NCBI GenBank assembly: GCA_049971805.1
Contig: JBMFKU010000001.1
Span: 50,675-114,674 of the forward strand
Source: Caldisphaera sp.
GTDB taxonomy: Archaea; Thermoproteota; Thermoprotei_A; Sulfolobales; Acidilobaceae
Length of the DNA: 64,000 nucleotides
Reading direction: 5' to 3'
The position numbers were made by a program, and so were the translations under genes. Positions 18,511 through 28,353 of the stretch are shown here, in pieces (positions within the stretch are counted from its first letter, which is position 1; the number at the start of each line of letters is the position of its first letter). The notes under the pieces were generated by a model. It was not told where the DNA came from. It saw nothing but the letters and a program-made list of their open reading frames with translations, and ran no database searches.

Positions 18511-19281
18511 TCATATTATTTCCTTGCTATAGTCTTTCCATATAATGTTTAGCCTATCATAGACCTCTCTGGACTCAAGTTCTTCTTGTTGTAAAACACC
18601 TATTATACCTTCAGGATTTTTCATAACAATAATATAGGCCTTTCTGGAAGAAATTAGATCAAAAAATATTGGTTTATATAACTTCATTTTAATTCCTAAA
18701 TCATTATTTTCTTTTCTCATATCTTTGTTGAATTCATTTAATTCTTCCATAATTATTCTTAAATCATTGGTTAAGGGCAAAATAGACTTTACTATAGGTT
18801 TTAAAATTTCATTCCAATTTGATAATATTCTGCCAATAGTAATGTAAATCACATCGCTTTCTTTCATTGTTTCTGCAATTAAAGAAATCAGGTTATAATA
18901 ACCCTTTACAAATAAAATATTTTTTCCTTTTTCTATCATTGCTATGTTTTCTAAATTATCTGATATATCTAATATCTCCTTGACTTTCTTTTTTGATTCT
19001 TCCTCTAGCCTAGCAATCGCTGAAACAGCAACAGCCCTTGGATGAACAGCTCTATACCAACCCTTAGGATCTGAAACAGCCATTCCTTTCATTTCCAAAA
19101 CTTTTATTATATCATAAATTCTTGGCAGAGGGACCCCACTTTTTGCACTTGCTTCTTTAGGATCCTTAGCACCTTCTAATAAAGCTAAATATAGTTTTGC
19201 TTCGTATAAAGTTAGATCTAAACTTTTTCTTAGCTTCTCAACAAATTCTTCTTTTTTTTCTTCGGACAAACTTTCTCCCAT
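18511..19281 (-). CDS. TrmB-family transcriptional regulator
   Basis: LTLYEAKLYLALL...SGVPLPRIYDIIKVLEMKGM...YRAVHP. Confidence 0.85.
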   Translation of the reverse strand: MGESLSEEKKEEFVEKLRKSLDLTLYEAKLYLALLEGAKDPKEASAKSGVPLPRIYDIIKVLEMKGMAVSDPKGWYRAVHPRAVAVSAIARLEEESKKKVKEILDISDNLENIAMIEKGKNILFVKGYYNLISLIAETMKESDVIYITIGRILSNWNEILKPIVKSILPLTNDLRIIMEELNEFNKDMRKENNDLGIKMKLYKPIFFDLISSRKAYIIVMKNPEGIIGVLQQEELESREVYDRLNIIWKDYSKEII

Positions 19282-19341
19282 AATTATATATAAAAATTAA
19301 AAAGAATAAATTTTTTTAATTTTATTAGATTAAAAAAAGTT

Positions 19342-20019
19342 TTACTTGCCAGCTCCTGCAGTTGCAGAGCTAGCATTGTTAACTGAAGATGGTATACTCT
19401 CTGCTGTAGGTATTTCTGGAAATTCTTGTTTCATCTTTTGTTCTGCTACTAAGCTTGCATCTTTTAATATCTTCTGTGCCTCTTCCGTTACAAACTCGTT
19501 TTCTAGCATTGGTACACTGCCTGAGCTGTATTGCATCATTGCCATTTGTAATTCCTCGTCTACTCCCATCAATTCTGTAAACACGTCTGGCATCATGCCT
19601 TTCAAATATCCAGCTACATTCTTTAAGGCTACAATTGCTGGAGCTAGGTCGGCATTTACATCTCCAAATATTAATGTGGTGTCTAATCTTAACTTTACTC
19701 TTTCCAATGCAAATCTAACTGTCATTAATACCTTTGCCATCTTTCTTACTTCAGCTACTTCATTTGCGTACATGCCAGCCTTACTCTTGTCGCCTTCTAC
19801 CAATGCATTAACTGTTTTTTCAAACAGTTGTTTATCATAAGCCTCTAATTTGCTTAGATTATAGTCTAATTTGTTTATTTGTGTTGCAATTTTATATGTT
19901 GCAGATATTATTTGCCCCTTTAATGGGGGAGGTGGTCTTACTGCAGTTTTAATCTTTTGACCAATAGTTTCCTTCTTTTGTTCATACCATCTCTTATTCC
20001 AATCTTCTAAGCTGCTCAA
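19342..20019 (-). CDS. cdvB: ESCRT-III protein, short CdvB1/B2-type paralogue
   Basis: Snf7-like coiled coil; QINKLD...AGMYANEVAEVRK...LERVKLRLDT...EAQKILKDA. TTG start with GGTGA RBS. No C-terminal winged-helix extension. Confidence 0.9.
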   Translation of the reverse strand: MSSLEDWNKRWYEQKKETIGQKIKTAVRPPPPLKGQIISATYKIATQINKLDYNLSKLEAYDKQLFEKTVNALVEGDKSKAGMYANEVAEVRKMAKVLMTVRFALERVKLRLDTTLIFGDVNADLAPAIVALKNVAGYLKGMMPDVFTELMGVDEELQMAMMQYSSGSVPMLENEFVTEEAQKILKDASLVAEQKMKQEFPEIPTAESIPSSVNNASSATAGAGK

Positions 20020-20133
20020 GCATCTTTCACCAACTAGTATAGTTTTAAAAAATAGCTAATAAGGAGAAAAACTTAATAAATAGGGGTTTCACATTATATA
20101 TCCTTCTAGTTAATTAAAGATTTGGTGTCTTAA

Positions 20134-20850
20134 GTGGTGATCCTAAGAATCGATGAGGTATCAAGATTTACTGGCGATGACATATATGATGAATATGGAA
20201 GAAATTTGGGAACAGTAATAAGTATATCAAGCTCAGTTGATGGTAAGGTAGAAAACATTTCAATAAAAATTGCTGATAGAAACATTGAATCAATAGATGG
20301 AGAAAGATTAAAGCTTCAAGATGGTAAAATAGTTGTTGTTCCAACCTGGAAGTTTGAGGCCAGTAAACTAATAGAAAATCTCGATAGAGCATATAAAAGA
20401 AGGAAAGCGTTAGATACTATATCTGGTCAAAATGACCTGCCGAGCAGTGTAGTAGACCCAATGAAAAGAAGACTTGATGAAGAAATAAAGGCTTTAAGAA
20501 TTAAGGCCGATGAGGTTAAAAAAATTATAAACGGAAGAGTAAATGAGATCGAAGATGAGGAATTAAAAGTTTCTAGAGCTATAGCAAATATTGAGATATC
20601 ATATTTTAGTGGAGAAATCAGTGAAAAAGGCTACACACAAAGCATGAACCATCTAAGAAAACTAAAAGACACAAACTCAGAGGAAAAGAGATCTGCTAAA
20701 GAATATTTGGAAAAGCTCGATAAAACTGTTCAATTAGCTTTTACAGAAAATAAAGAGGTTGTAAAGCCTAAAGAAATAACTGAACAAAGTAAACAAGTAC
20801 AAGCTGTACAAGCACAACAGAATTCGTTGCTTGTTAAAATAGAAAGCTAG
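20134..20850 (+). CDS. cdvA: Cell division protein CdvA or CdvA-like
   Basis: PRC-barrel-like start (IYDEYGRNLG...SVDG), PTWKFEA, KRRKAL, KRRLDEE, SYFSGEISEKGY, C-terminal LLVKIES; 238 aa, as in Sulfolobus CdvA. Confidence 0.85.
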   Translation: MVILRIDEVSRFTGDDIYDEYGRNLGTVISISSSVDGKVENISIKIADRNIESIDGERLKLQDGKIVVVPTWKFEASKLIENLDRAYKRRKALDTISGQNDLPSSVVDPMKRRLDEEIKALRIKADEVKKIINGRVNEIEDEELKVSRAIANIEISYFSGEISEKGYTQSMNHLRKLKDTNSEEKRSAKEYLEKLDKTVQLAFTENKEVVKPKEITEQSKQVQAVQAQQNSLLVKIES

Positions 20851-21007
20851 CTATAAAATTAATAGGATTTTTGTGATAAATTTAATGATTTTATTATATG
20901 AAATTAACTATAAAATTCTATTTGGTTATATAATTAAAAATTTTGCTAATCATATTAAATAAAAAGGATAGAAAATATAATCCCTTTTTATCAAACTAAA
21001 ATAATGA

Positions 21008-21093
21008 GCAGGGGTGCCCGAGCTTGGTCTAAAGGGGACGGGCTCAAGACCCGTTGGCGTAGGCCTGCGTGGGTTCAAATCCCACCCCCTGCA
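21008..21093 (+). tRNA. tRNA-Leu(CAA), intronless, CCA not encoded
   Basis: Acceptor stem GCAGGGG/CCCCTGC, anticodon arm ACGGG-CTCAAGA-CCCGT, long variable arm, GGGTTCAAATCCC T-arm. Confidence 0.97.
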
Positions 21094-21177
21094 TTTTTTA
21101 ATTTAATGGTAATTGATTTATTAAATATAAATGCAAAATAAACAAAAATTTTTAACTACTATCATACCTTACTATTT

Positions 21178-21705
21178 TTGGTGTTTGCAATGAAAAATCT
21201 TAGTAAAGGTATAGTTGCAGGTGTATTAATAATTGTTATAGTATTAGCTATTGGTCTATATTATTATGAATCCTATGGATATGCAAGATTTTATATTTCT
21301 GATCCTGGAAACAATAGTTATGCTCAAATATACTTAACGATCTCATCTATAATGATACATTCAACCAACAAAGGGTGGATAACAGTTTCAAATAAAACTC
21401 AGACAATAGCGTTATCAAGCACTCCCCAACTTTTGACTTCAACTACGATACCTAGTGGAAATTATACTGAAGTAAGATTTGTAGTTGAATCTGTCACAAT
21501 ACAGCTATTAAACAACATTAATGTTTCTGCAAATTTACCAAGTAATGTATTTAAAATAGCAATTCCAGGAGGTCTTTTAATATCTCCAGGAAGAACTACA
21601 TATGTAACTATTAGCTTGGGATCTCATATAACTGAAACTGGAAATGGAGAATACATTTTAAGGCCTCTAATTGCTGTTACTACTTCAAATTCTCCCCCTA
21701 GCTAA
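21178..21705 (+). CDS. DUF4382-like membrane-anchored extracellular protein
   Basis: N-terminal TM, FYISDP...IYLTISSIMIH, IPSGNYTEVRF. Confidence 0.6.
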   Translation: MVFAMKNLSKGIVAGVLIIVIVLAIGLYYYESYGYARFYISDPGNNSYAQIYLTISSIMIHSTNKGWITVSNKTQTIALSSTPQLLTSTTIPSGNYTEVRFVVESVTIQLLNNINVSANLPSNVFKIAIPGGLLISPGRTTYVTISLGSHITETGNGEYILRPLIAVTTSNSPPS

Positions 21706-21712
21706 TTAAAAA

Positions 21713-22564
21713 TTATTTATTTTGTTCTTGAGCTCCTTGCTGTGTTTGCTTAGCTTGTGTTTGCATTATTTCTTGCATTTTTTGTATTCCAAACAAGTTA
21801 ATTGGAGAGCCGGTTAAAGGACCTGCAGCAGGTAGATTAACAGGTATTAACATTAATGTATTCCTTCCCTCCATACCTAACTCATAAATCATGTTCATCC
21901 ATCTAAGCATAAATGCTTCATCATGATCTTTATAGAGGCCTGCTGCCTCAACCATTTTTTGAGCGGCCTCAAATTCTGCCTCTGCCAAAGTAACTCTAGC
22001 CCTTCTTTCTCTTTCTGCTTGAGCTTGTCTTGACATAGCTTCTACTAAGTCATGAGGAATTTCGACATTTCTTATCTCAACAGCTGTTACTTTAACACCC
22101 CATGCTTCAGTTTTACTATCAATTATATTTCTTGCCAACGCCGCAACTTTATCTCTTTCCGCTAAAACTTCATCTAGAACAGTTTGACCAATAACTTCTC
22201 TTAAAGTTGTTTCAGCAGCTAACTGTGTAGCTATATTAAAATTTTCTACTGACAAAACAACTTTTTCTAAGTTTACTGGTTGATAATACATTACTGCATC
22301 TACCACAACAGGTACATTATCTTTTGTCAATGATTGTTCAGTTCTAAATGCTAAGGCCTGCAGCCTTGTAGAGATCCTAAAAGGTATTCTACTTATTATT
22401 GGTATCACGTAAACTATACCTGGTCCTTTTAAGCCTCTAAATCTGCCCAGCACCAATACAGGTAATCTTTCCCATTCGTTAACTATCTTTATACCACTTA
22501 ATAATATGGCCAACACTATTAATAATATAAAAACTTCGATAGCTAATAGTGCAATATTAATCAA
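21713..22564 (-). CDS. SPFH/band-7 (stomatin/slipin) protein
   Basis: GPGIVYVIPII, TKDNVPVVVDAV, AETTLREVIG, WGVKVTAVEI, AMSRQAQAERERRA. Confidence 0.93.
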   Translation of the reverse strand: MINIALLAIEVFILLIVLAILLSGIKIVNEWERLPVLVLGRFRGLKGPGIVYVIPIISRIPFRISTRLQALAFRTEQSLTKDNVPVVVDAVMYYQPVNLEKVVLSVENFNIATQLAAETTLREVIGQTVLDEVLAERDKVAALARNIIDSKTEAWGVKVTAVEIRNVEIPHDLVEAMSRQAQAERERRARVTLAEAEFEAAQKMVEAAGLYKDHDEAFMLRWMNMIYELGMEGRNTLMLIPVNLPAAGPLTGSPINLFGIQKMQEIMQTQAKQTQQGAQEQNK

Positions 22565-23056
22565 ATTTTATCCCTCTGTTAGTATTAAATTACAGGCTTA
22601 AAAATCTATGTTTTTAAATGAAAATTCTTTTAATTAAGAGATGCTGAATTCAGAGGCTGTTTTTCTCTTTGTAATAAAGGCGAATCCCCCTTATATTGGA
22701 AAAGATTAAAAAATATTAATCTAATTTTTATATCATCGAATAAAATATGAAAATAGATACACAGGTTTAATAATATAAAACCTAATTAATGTTAAGAAGG
22801 ATGACCAAAAATAAATTAAGATTTTTTAAATAATAGTGAATTCATCATTTAGGGTAGATATGTAGCTAAATCTATGTTTTTTATAAGATCTCACCTTCAT
22901 GACAGAGAGGGCAGATTATTACGGTAAAGTGGTTTAAATATCTCATCCCTTGAGTTTACATAAAAATTAGGTATTAACGAACTCATAATAAAGGATGCAT
23001 ATAAAATGAAAAAGTCTGAAATAATTTCTTAATTTCTCATTAATAGAAGTTGTATC

Positions 23057-24337
23057 TCACTTATTATTTGCTTTAACTATTAGTTTTAATCCTTCTATCC
23101 TTATAACTTCTACTTGATCTCCTACATTAGCGCTGCAAGACTCGCATTTGGCTTTCCATATAATGCCTTCTATCCTTATCTCCCCTTCAGGATTTAAAGG
23201 AGATACAACAATTCCTCTCTTACCTATTAATGATTCAGGGCCTGCTAGCTTATTTTTCTTTCTCAAAGGACCTGCCACCCATCTTATGTACAAACCTGCT
23301 ACTACTCCAACAGCTCCAACACCAGTAATTTCTAGCTGAGATATATAACTATTAGGAACTCCGCTTGATATCATTGGTATACCTTCTGCCATTAAATAAA
23401 TACCAACTGCAGCAATTATCATACCTGCCATAAGAGCAAATCCATGGCCAAGCTTTAATTCTACAAGCATTACTGCTGCCCCTATAGCAATTAAAGAAAT
23501 TCCTAAAACAGATGCACTAATTATTTCAGCTCCAACCAAACCCGCAATTATTGCTACTATTCCTATTATAGTTAATATTATAGTTGGATGATATAGATCT
23601 AAAAGTATTGCTAAAACACCTAAAGTCATAAGAATGCCATCTAATGTCGAGTTGCTTAAAGCACTTAAAAATTGTTCATAATAATTTTCGCTAACATTTA
23701 TTTTAGGGTTGTCAGATAGGTTCCATATTTCCAATGCCTGACTAAAAGAATTCGATATACCGTTTATTAGATGATACTGGTATGCTTGTTGTGAAGTAAA
23801 GGCTATATCATATAATACCATATCCTGAGCAGCAGTAACATTTCTTCCCCATTTTTGGGCTAAACTTTCCATAAAACTAATCATGGCATCTTCTGTGTGA
23901 TTTTGCTCTAAAGCAGTTCCACCAACTACTATTGGGGTTGACGGACCTATTTCTGACCCATCTCCCATAATAATTTGGTTTGTAGCCATAGCAATATAGC
24001 TTCCTGCTGAAGCAGCCAAACTATTTGGTGGAACATATGTGTAAGTTGGTATTCCTGATTTATTTGCTTCTTCTATTGTATTAACTATATTAACCATATC
24101 GCTAAGATATCCCCCAGGCGTATTCATTACTATCACTATTGCGCTTGCATTGTATGATTGTGCAATAGTTAAAGCTCTGTTTAACATATCTGAAGATCCT
24201 ATATCAACTGTAGTATCAAAGTTTACTATTACTATTGGCTTTTTATTATTGTTCACATTTATTGAGTATGCTCTAATAGATAGGGCTAGAATTAAAATCA
24301 ATAATATTACTATTACTATTGATTTTTTTATGTTCAT
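23057..24337 (-). CDS. nfeD: Long NfeD (ClpP-class membrane-bound serine protease, stomatin partner)
   Basis: MNTPGG, AASAGSYIAMA, IGPSTP, TM bundle, C-terminal OB fold (GIVVSPLNPEGEIRIEGIIWKA). Confidence 0.9.
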   Translation of the reverse strand: MNIKKSIVIVILLILILALSIRAYSINVNNNKKPIVIVNFDTTVDIGSSDMLNRALTIAQSYNASAIVIVMNTPGGYLSDMVNIVNTIEEANKSGIPTYTYVPPNSLAASAGSYIAMATNQIIMGDGSEIGPSTPIVVGGTALEQNHTEDAMISFMESLAQKWGRNVTAAQDMVLYDIAFTSQQAYQYHLINGISNSFSQALEIWNLSDNPKINVSENYYEQFLSALSNSTLDGILMTLGVLAILLDLYHPTIILTIIGIVAIIAGLVGAEIISASVLGISLIAIGAAVMLVELKLGHGFALMAGMIIAAVGIYLMAEGIPMISSGVPNSYISQLEITGVGAVGVVAGLYIRWVAGPLRKKNKLAGPESLIGKRGIVVSPLNPEGEIRIEGIIWKAKCESCSANVGDQVEVIRIEGLKLIVKANNK

Positions 24338-24441
24338 TCTTATTCCCCGTTATCTGATAACACTTAAAAGCTATAAACTATATTACTAGTATTTGTTTAA
24401 TAATAATAATTTGTGGCGATTACTAAATAAAGGGTGATATA

Positions 24442-24843
24442 ATGCAGTATAATGATAATGTGGGATTTTTTTCCAGAATAAGGTGGGGGCCTGGAAGCTT
24501 AACATTGATCTCGATACTAATAATTCTTTTTATCATATCAATATTTTTATACTTAAAAACAAAGTCCATATATTATTTGTTTATTTTAATTGTTTTAGCC
24601 ATAGCCATTATTTTAATTGTTTTAGCCAAATCATTTGAGATAATAACACCAATAAATGTTAATCAATCAACTTTAATAGGATCAAAAGGTGTTGTAATAA
24701 AAGCCATAACACCAATAAAGCCTGGAGTTATTAAAATTAATAATCAGCTTTGGTCTGCAAAGAGCAATGAGAATATAAATAAAGGAGAAAAGATAATAGT
24801 AACAAATATAGATGGAATATACCTAGTTGTTAAAAAAGAATGA
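24442..24843 (+). CDS. Short NfeD-like protein (TM segments plus OB fold)
   Basis: LIGSKGVVIK...GVIKINNQLWSA...KGEKIIVTNIDGIYLVV. Confidence 0.85.
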   Translation: MQYNDNVGFFSRIRWGPGSLTLISILIILFIISIFLYLKTKSIYYLFILIVLAIAIILIVLAKSFEIITPINVNQSTLIGSKGVVIKAITPIKPGVIKINNQLWSAKSNENINKGEKIIVTNIDGIYLVVKKE

Positions 24844-24989
24844 TTTCAAAGGAAATCATTAATAATTATTATAGTCATGCTTCTTTAAAGCAAAGTTATG
24901 TAATAAATATTAATTTAAAATATTTTTAATTTGAGTTCTCAAGTTATATGATTTGCAATTAAACTGATCTCATTATATAATGAGATCAG

Positions 24990-25433
24990 TTATTTATTTT
25001 TTTGTTTTATTGACTCCAAAATACGATTGTATTTGTTAATCAATTTAGTTAATTCGTTGTATAGTAATTTTTCACCTACATTTCCTTCAATAACCTTTAT
25101 TATTTTATTATTGTAACAATTCATAATTAATAAAGTTACTGGAGAAACATTAATGCTGTATTTTTTAAACGCATTTAATGCACACTCAGACTTACAATCA
25201 TATATAAACCAGTTGCATGATACTACAAAAAAATAAATGAAGTCGATATTCTTGTTTGTTCTTACGAACTTATCTACAAACGGATACCATAATAAATTAA
25301 AGAGTTTGCATGCAGCGCAATATCTATTACTAAAATATATAACATTTATTCCATTTTCTTTCCTAAATTCGTCACAATTAATTTTCTTCCAGTTAAAAGA
25401 AGATTTATCAAAAAAAATAAATCCCATTTTCAA
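24990..25433 (-). CDS. Thioredoxin-fold protein
   Basis: YFSNRYCAACK CxxC motif; cis-Pro-like VSPVTL. Confidence 0.65.
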   Translation of the reverse strand: MKMGFIFFDKSSFNWKKINCDEFRKENGINVIYFSNRYCAACKLFNLLWYPFVDKFVRTNKNIDFIYFFVVSCNWFIYDCKSECALNAFKKYSINVSPVTLLIMNCYNNKIIKVIEGNVGEKLLYNELTKLINKYNRILESIKQKNK

Positions 25434-25441
25434 TTAAATTA

Positions 25442-26059
25442 TCAGTAAACATTATTGATCATCAGCCATACCCATGGTGTGTATTTCATCCATCCAGCTG
25501 TGTGCTCAAATATTGCTTCTAATCCTATATAATATGATAATATTCCTGATAAGACAAATGATATCAATGCTGTAAAGCTCCAATATCTTTTTGCCTTTGT
25601 TTGTAATAATTGGCTTAAAATTCCATAGATTCCTATCAATATATACAATGCAGCAGCTGCTGTTGGCGAACTTGTTAAACTAAAATGTAATATAACGTCT
25701 CCATAAACTATTATTGGTATTGAAATAAATGCTATACCAAGTAATATGCCAAACAAAGGTGCTTTATTTAAACTAGCAAAACCTAATGCAAGCAGTACTA
25801 TACCATGCAATACATTAGGGTCTACCAAAATTAAATTATAGGAGCTTGGCAATGGCCAGGCAAACATTCCCAAAAATCCAAATATTAAAGCAAAGATTCC
25901 TAAAAATACAAGAAAATATCCATAGTCCATGTTTATTTCTGAGAGTTTTTGTTTATCATAGCTAATTGAGAAGTTTAGGAAAACCCAACTTGCTAAAAGT
26001 AATAGACCAGCACCTAACAAATCTAATTGTATATCAAGTATATCTATAAAATAAGCCAA
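25442..26059 (-). CDS. DUF981-family membrane protein
   Basis: FIDIL...LGMFAWPLPSSYNLILVDP pattern; multiple TM helices. Confidence 0.7.
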   Translation of the reverse strand: MAYFIDILDIQLDLLGAGLLLLASWVFLNFSISYDKQKLSEINMDYGYFLVFLGIFALIFGFLGMFAWPLPSSYNLILVDPNVLHGIVLLALGFASLNKAPLFGILLGIAFISIPIIVYGDVILHFSLTSSPTAAAALYILIGIYGILSQLLQTKAKRYWSFTALISFVLSGILSYYIGLEAIFEHTAGWMKYTPWVWLMINNVY

Positions 26060-26151
26060 TTTATCACCCTATAATAATCTCTAAATATAGAATTAAATTG
26101 TTTTAATACTGAAAAGTATTTATTCTCTATATAGATAAATTTAAATATATG

Positions 26152-27033
26152 CTATTTTTCATTATGTAATTCCTTTATTGCATTAACTATATAAGATAAT
26201 GAATCTTTGCTATAGCCTTCTATTTGGTCTTGCAATAATGGAAGCTCTATTGAGTAAATATAGTTAGTTAAAGGAATAACTTCTTGTGTTTTAACAGTCC
26301 ACGGTTTTCCATTTGTTAGTATTAATTCTATAGCTTTCCTGAATCTTTTACCATCAATAACTATAGCCGATCCAGGAGTAACTGCTATAACTAAATCGCT
26401 GTTAATTGAATTGATAGTTGGAGACGCGACATTTGAATTAGATTCTATAACTATTGCTTCATGCCTATTTTCTAGATAATTTAAACATTTATCAATCTCA
26501 TTTATTGCACCGCCACTTATTAAGTTAAATAAATAATTATCGTCTACTTTTACTAGGTTATCAAGAATAGATACTAGATCTAATATTTCATATCCAATAT
26601 TTTTAGTGCTTTTATTTATTGCACCCTCATTTATAAAATGTATATTTTTCATCTTATTATTGCATGAGGTCAGCCTAGAAATTCCCATCCTCATGTTAGG
26701 CGAATATAATGTTGCATTAAAAGAATTTAATGAATTAAATTTTTCAGGCAAAACAGGTAATAGCAGACCTCCAAACGGATTTAATAGGTTTATTGGTTCT
26801 TTTTCTTTCGATGATTTATATAATATGATTGAATCCTTAGTTATTACCATTTTTTGCCTTCTGGATTCTTCCAAGACTTCCGGGTGTTCCCAAAGCTCAG
26901 TATTACCTAATGGTTTAAAGCCTACAGAATCGAATCCTTCACTTATTAATGCAGATATCAAGCTAGATGCAAAGGTTGTTTTTCCTGAGTTTTCCTCTAG
27001 CAATCCTATTATTAATATTTTCATTTTATACAC
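26152..27033 (-). CDS. Predicted P-loop ATPase/GTPase (archaeal COG4028-like)
   Basis: IGLLEENSGKTT, GFKP, LLNPF, IVIESNSNVA. Confidence 0.7.
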   Translation of the reverse strand: MYKMKILIIGLLEENSGKTTFASSLISALISEGFDSVGFKPLGNTELWEHPEVLEESRRQKMVITKDSIILYKSSKEKEPINLLNPFGGLLLPVLPEKFNSLNSFNATLYSPNMRMGISRLTSCNNKMKNIHFINEGAINKSTKNIGYEILDLVSILDNLVKVDDNYLFNLISGGAINEIDKCLNYLENRHEAIVIESNSNVASPTINSINSDLVIAVTPGSAIVIDGKRFRKAIELILTNGKPWTVKTQEVIPLTNYIYSIELPLLQDQIEGYSKDSLSYIVNAIKELHNEK

Positions 27034-27101
27034 CGTTTTCCTCTACAAATTCTTTTTAATTTTTAATAAGAGTTATTATTCTTGTGTCTAATTATGATTA
27101 T

Positions 27102-27168
27102 AGGCGATGAAGAGAGTTGTGCCCGGAAGGAGTAAAAAGCGATGACGATCTCTGGGGTATCGGAGCCT
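27102..27168 (+). ncRNA. C/D-box sRNA (candidate 3)
   Basis: AGGC/GCCT terminal stem, two GCGATGA boxes (27104-10 and 27139-45), each followed by a guide and a CGGA D-box variant; GC-rich island. Confidence 0.5.
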
Positions 27169-27656
27169 TTTCTTTACAGAATAGCTTGCCAAATGATAAA
27201 GGTCTTTATATAATAGGCTTTCAAATAGTAAACAGAATTAAGTTTAACATAAATAAGAAGTTATATAAATTAGACAATGGATTTGTAATATATGTTGGAT
27301 CTGCAGGCAATGGATTAAGGGATAGATTAAAAAGACACCTATTAAAAAATAAAAGAATTAAATGGCACATAGATTACCTTTCATCTAGTATTGATTCACT
27401 ACCAATATTTATTTTTTATGTTAAAGGAAACTATGGAGTTATTAAAGAAGACAATTTAGCAAGCTTATTAAAGAAGAGCTTTACAAATATTGGTATGTTA
27501 GGATCAACAGATTCTAAAGAGCCACATCTGTTTTATTCTGATAATGAACAAAAAATATTAGAATTTTTATTAAAGACAATGGAAAATACGGAAGGGAGTG
27601 AAATGTTTATAATGCCTACGTTTTATAATAAAAAATTGAGTATATCGTTTATATAG
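27117..27656 (+). CDS. GIY-YIG (DUF123/Uri) nuclease family protein
   Basis: KGLYII...YVGSA...RLKRH...KWHIDYL, GSTDS. Real start probably the in-frame TTG at 27186. Confidence 0.8.
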   Translation: MCPEGVKSDDDLWGIGAFSLQNSLPNDKGLYIIGFQIVNRIKFNINKKLYKLDNGFVIYVGSAGNGLRDRLKRHLLKNKRIKWHIDYLSSSIDSLPIFIFYVKGNYGVIKEDNLASLLKKSFTNIGMLGSTDSKEPHLFYSDNEQKILEFLLKTMENTEGSEMFIMPTFYNKKLSISFI

Positions 27657-27673
27657 AAGTGTGGTGGTAAAAA

Positions 27674-28330
27674 ATGAACAATATAAAATTAGTAGTTTTT
27701 GATGTTGATGGTGTATTGACAAATGTAAAAAGTAGCTGGGAGTTTTTACACGAGTATTTTGATGTTGCTGACAAGGCAAAAGAATATTATAAAAAATTTG
27801 AAAAAGGCGAAATTGATTATATGGAATGGATGAGATTAGATACTTCACTATGGATTGATAAAAATAATGGTAAATTAAAAATAGAAGAATTGGTAAAAAT
27901 TTTATCAAAAATACCTGTAAGAGATGAAATAAAAGATGTTTCAATATGTTTGCATAAAAATAAAAAAACTATAGCTTTACTCAGCGGTGGTATAGACATA
28001 TTGGTTAATAGAATAGCCGATATTATAGGAGCAGAAATTTGGATGGCAAATGAATTGGAATTCAATAAATTTGGTTACTTAGTTCCAGGAGGTTTACCTA
28101 TGGTTGGAACTAATAAAGAAAAGGCGCTTATGAGAATTTTACAATATTTAAATGTAGAGCCACAAGAAACAATGTATGTTGGAGATTCTAAGTGGGACTA
28201 TAATGCTATGATCAAAGTTGGTTATCCAGTTTTATTTGGTAATGATGAAAGTCTATTAAATATTTCTAAATATAAAATTAGCAATTTAAATCAAATATGT
28301 GATATTATAAAAAAGATTGAAGGAAAATAA
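27674..28330 (+). CDS. HAD-family phosphatase (phosphoserine phosphatase-like)
   Basis: DVDGVLT, LLSGG, K, YVGDSKWD. Confidence 0.85.
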   Translation: MNNIKLVVFDVDGVLTNVKSSWEFLHEYFDVADKAKEYYKKFEKGEIDYMEWMRLDTSLWIDKNNGKLKIEELVKILSKIPVRDEIKDVSICLHKNKKTIALLSGGIDILVNRIADIIGAEIWMANELEFNKFGYLVPGGLPMVGTNKEKALMRILQYLNVEPQETMYVGDSKWDYNAMIKVGYPVLFGNDESLLNISKYKISNLNQICDIIKKIEGK

Positions 28331-28353
28331 ATTGAAGAAAAATAATAAGGTGT

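Noticed and set aside
27117-27185. N-terminal extension MCPEGVKSDDDLWG... of the GIY-YIG ORF
   Set aside because: It overlaps a C/D-box-like RNA, and the family motif begins after the TTG at 27186.
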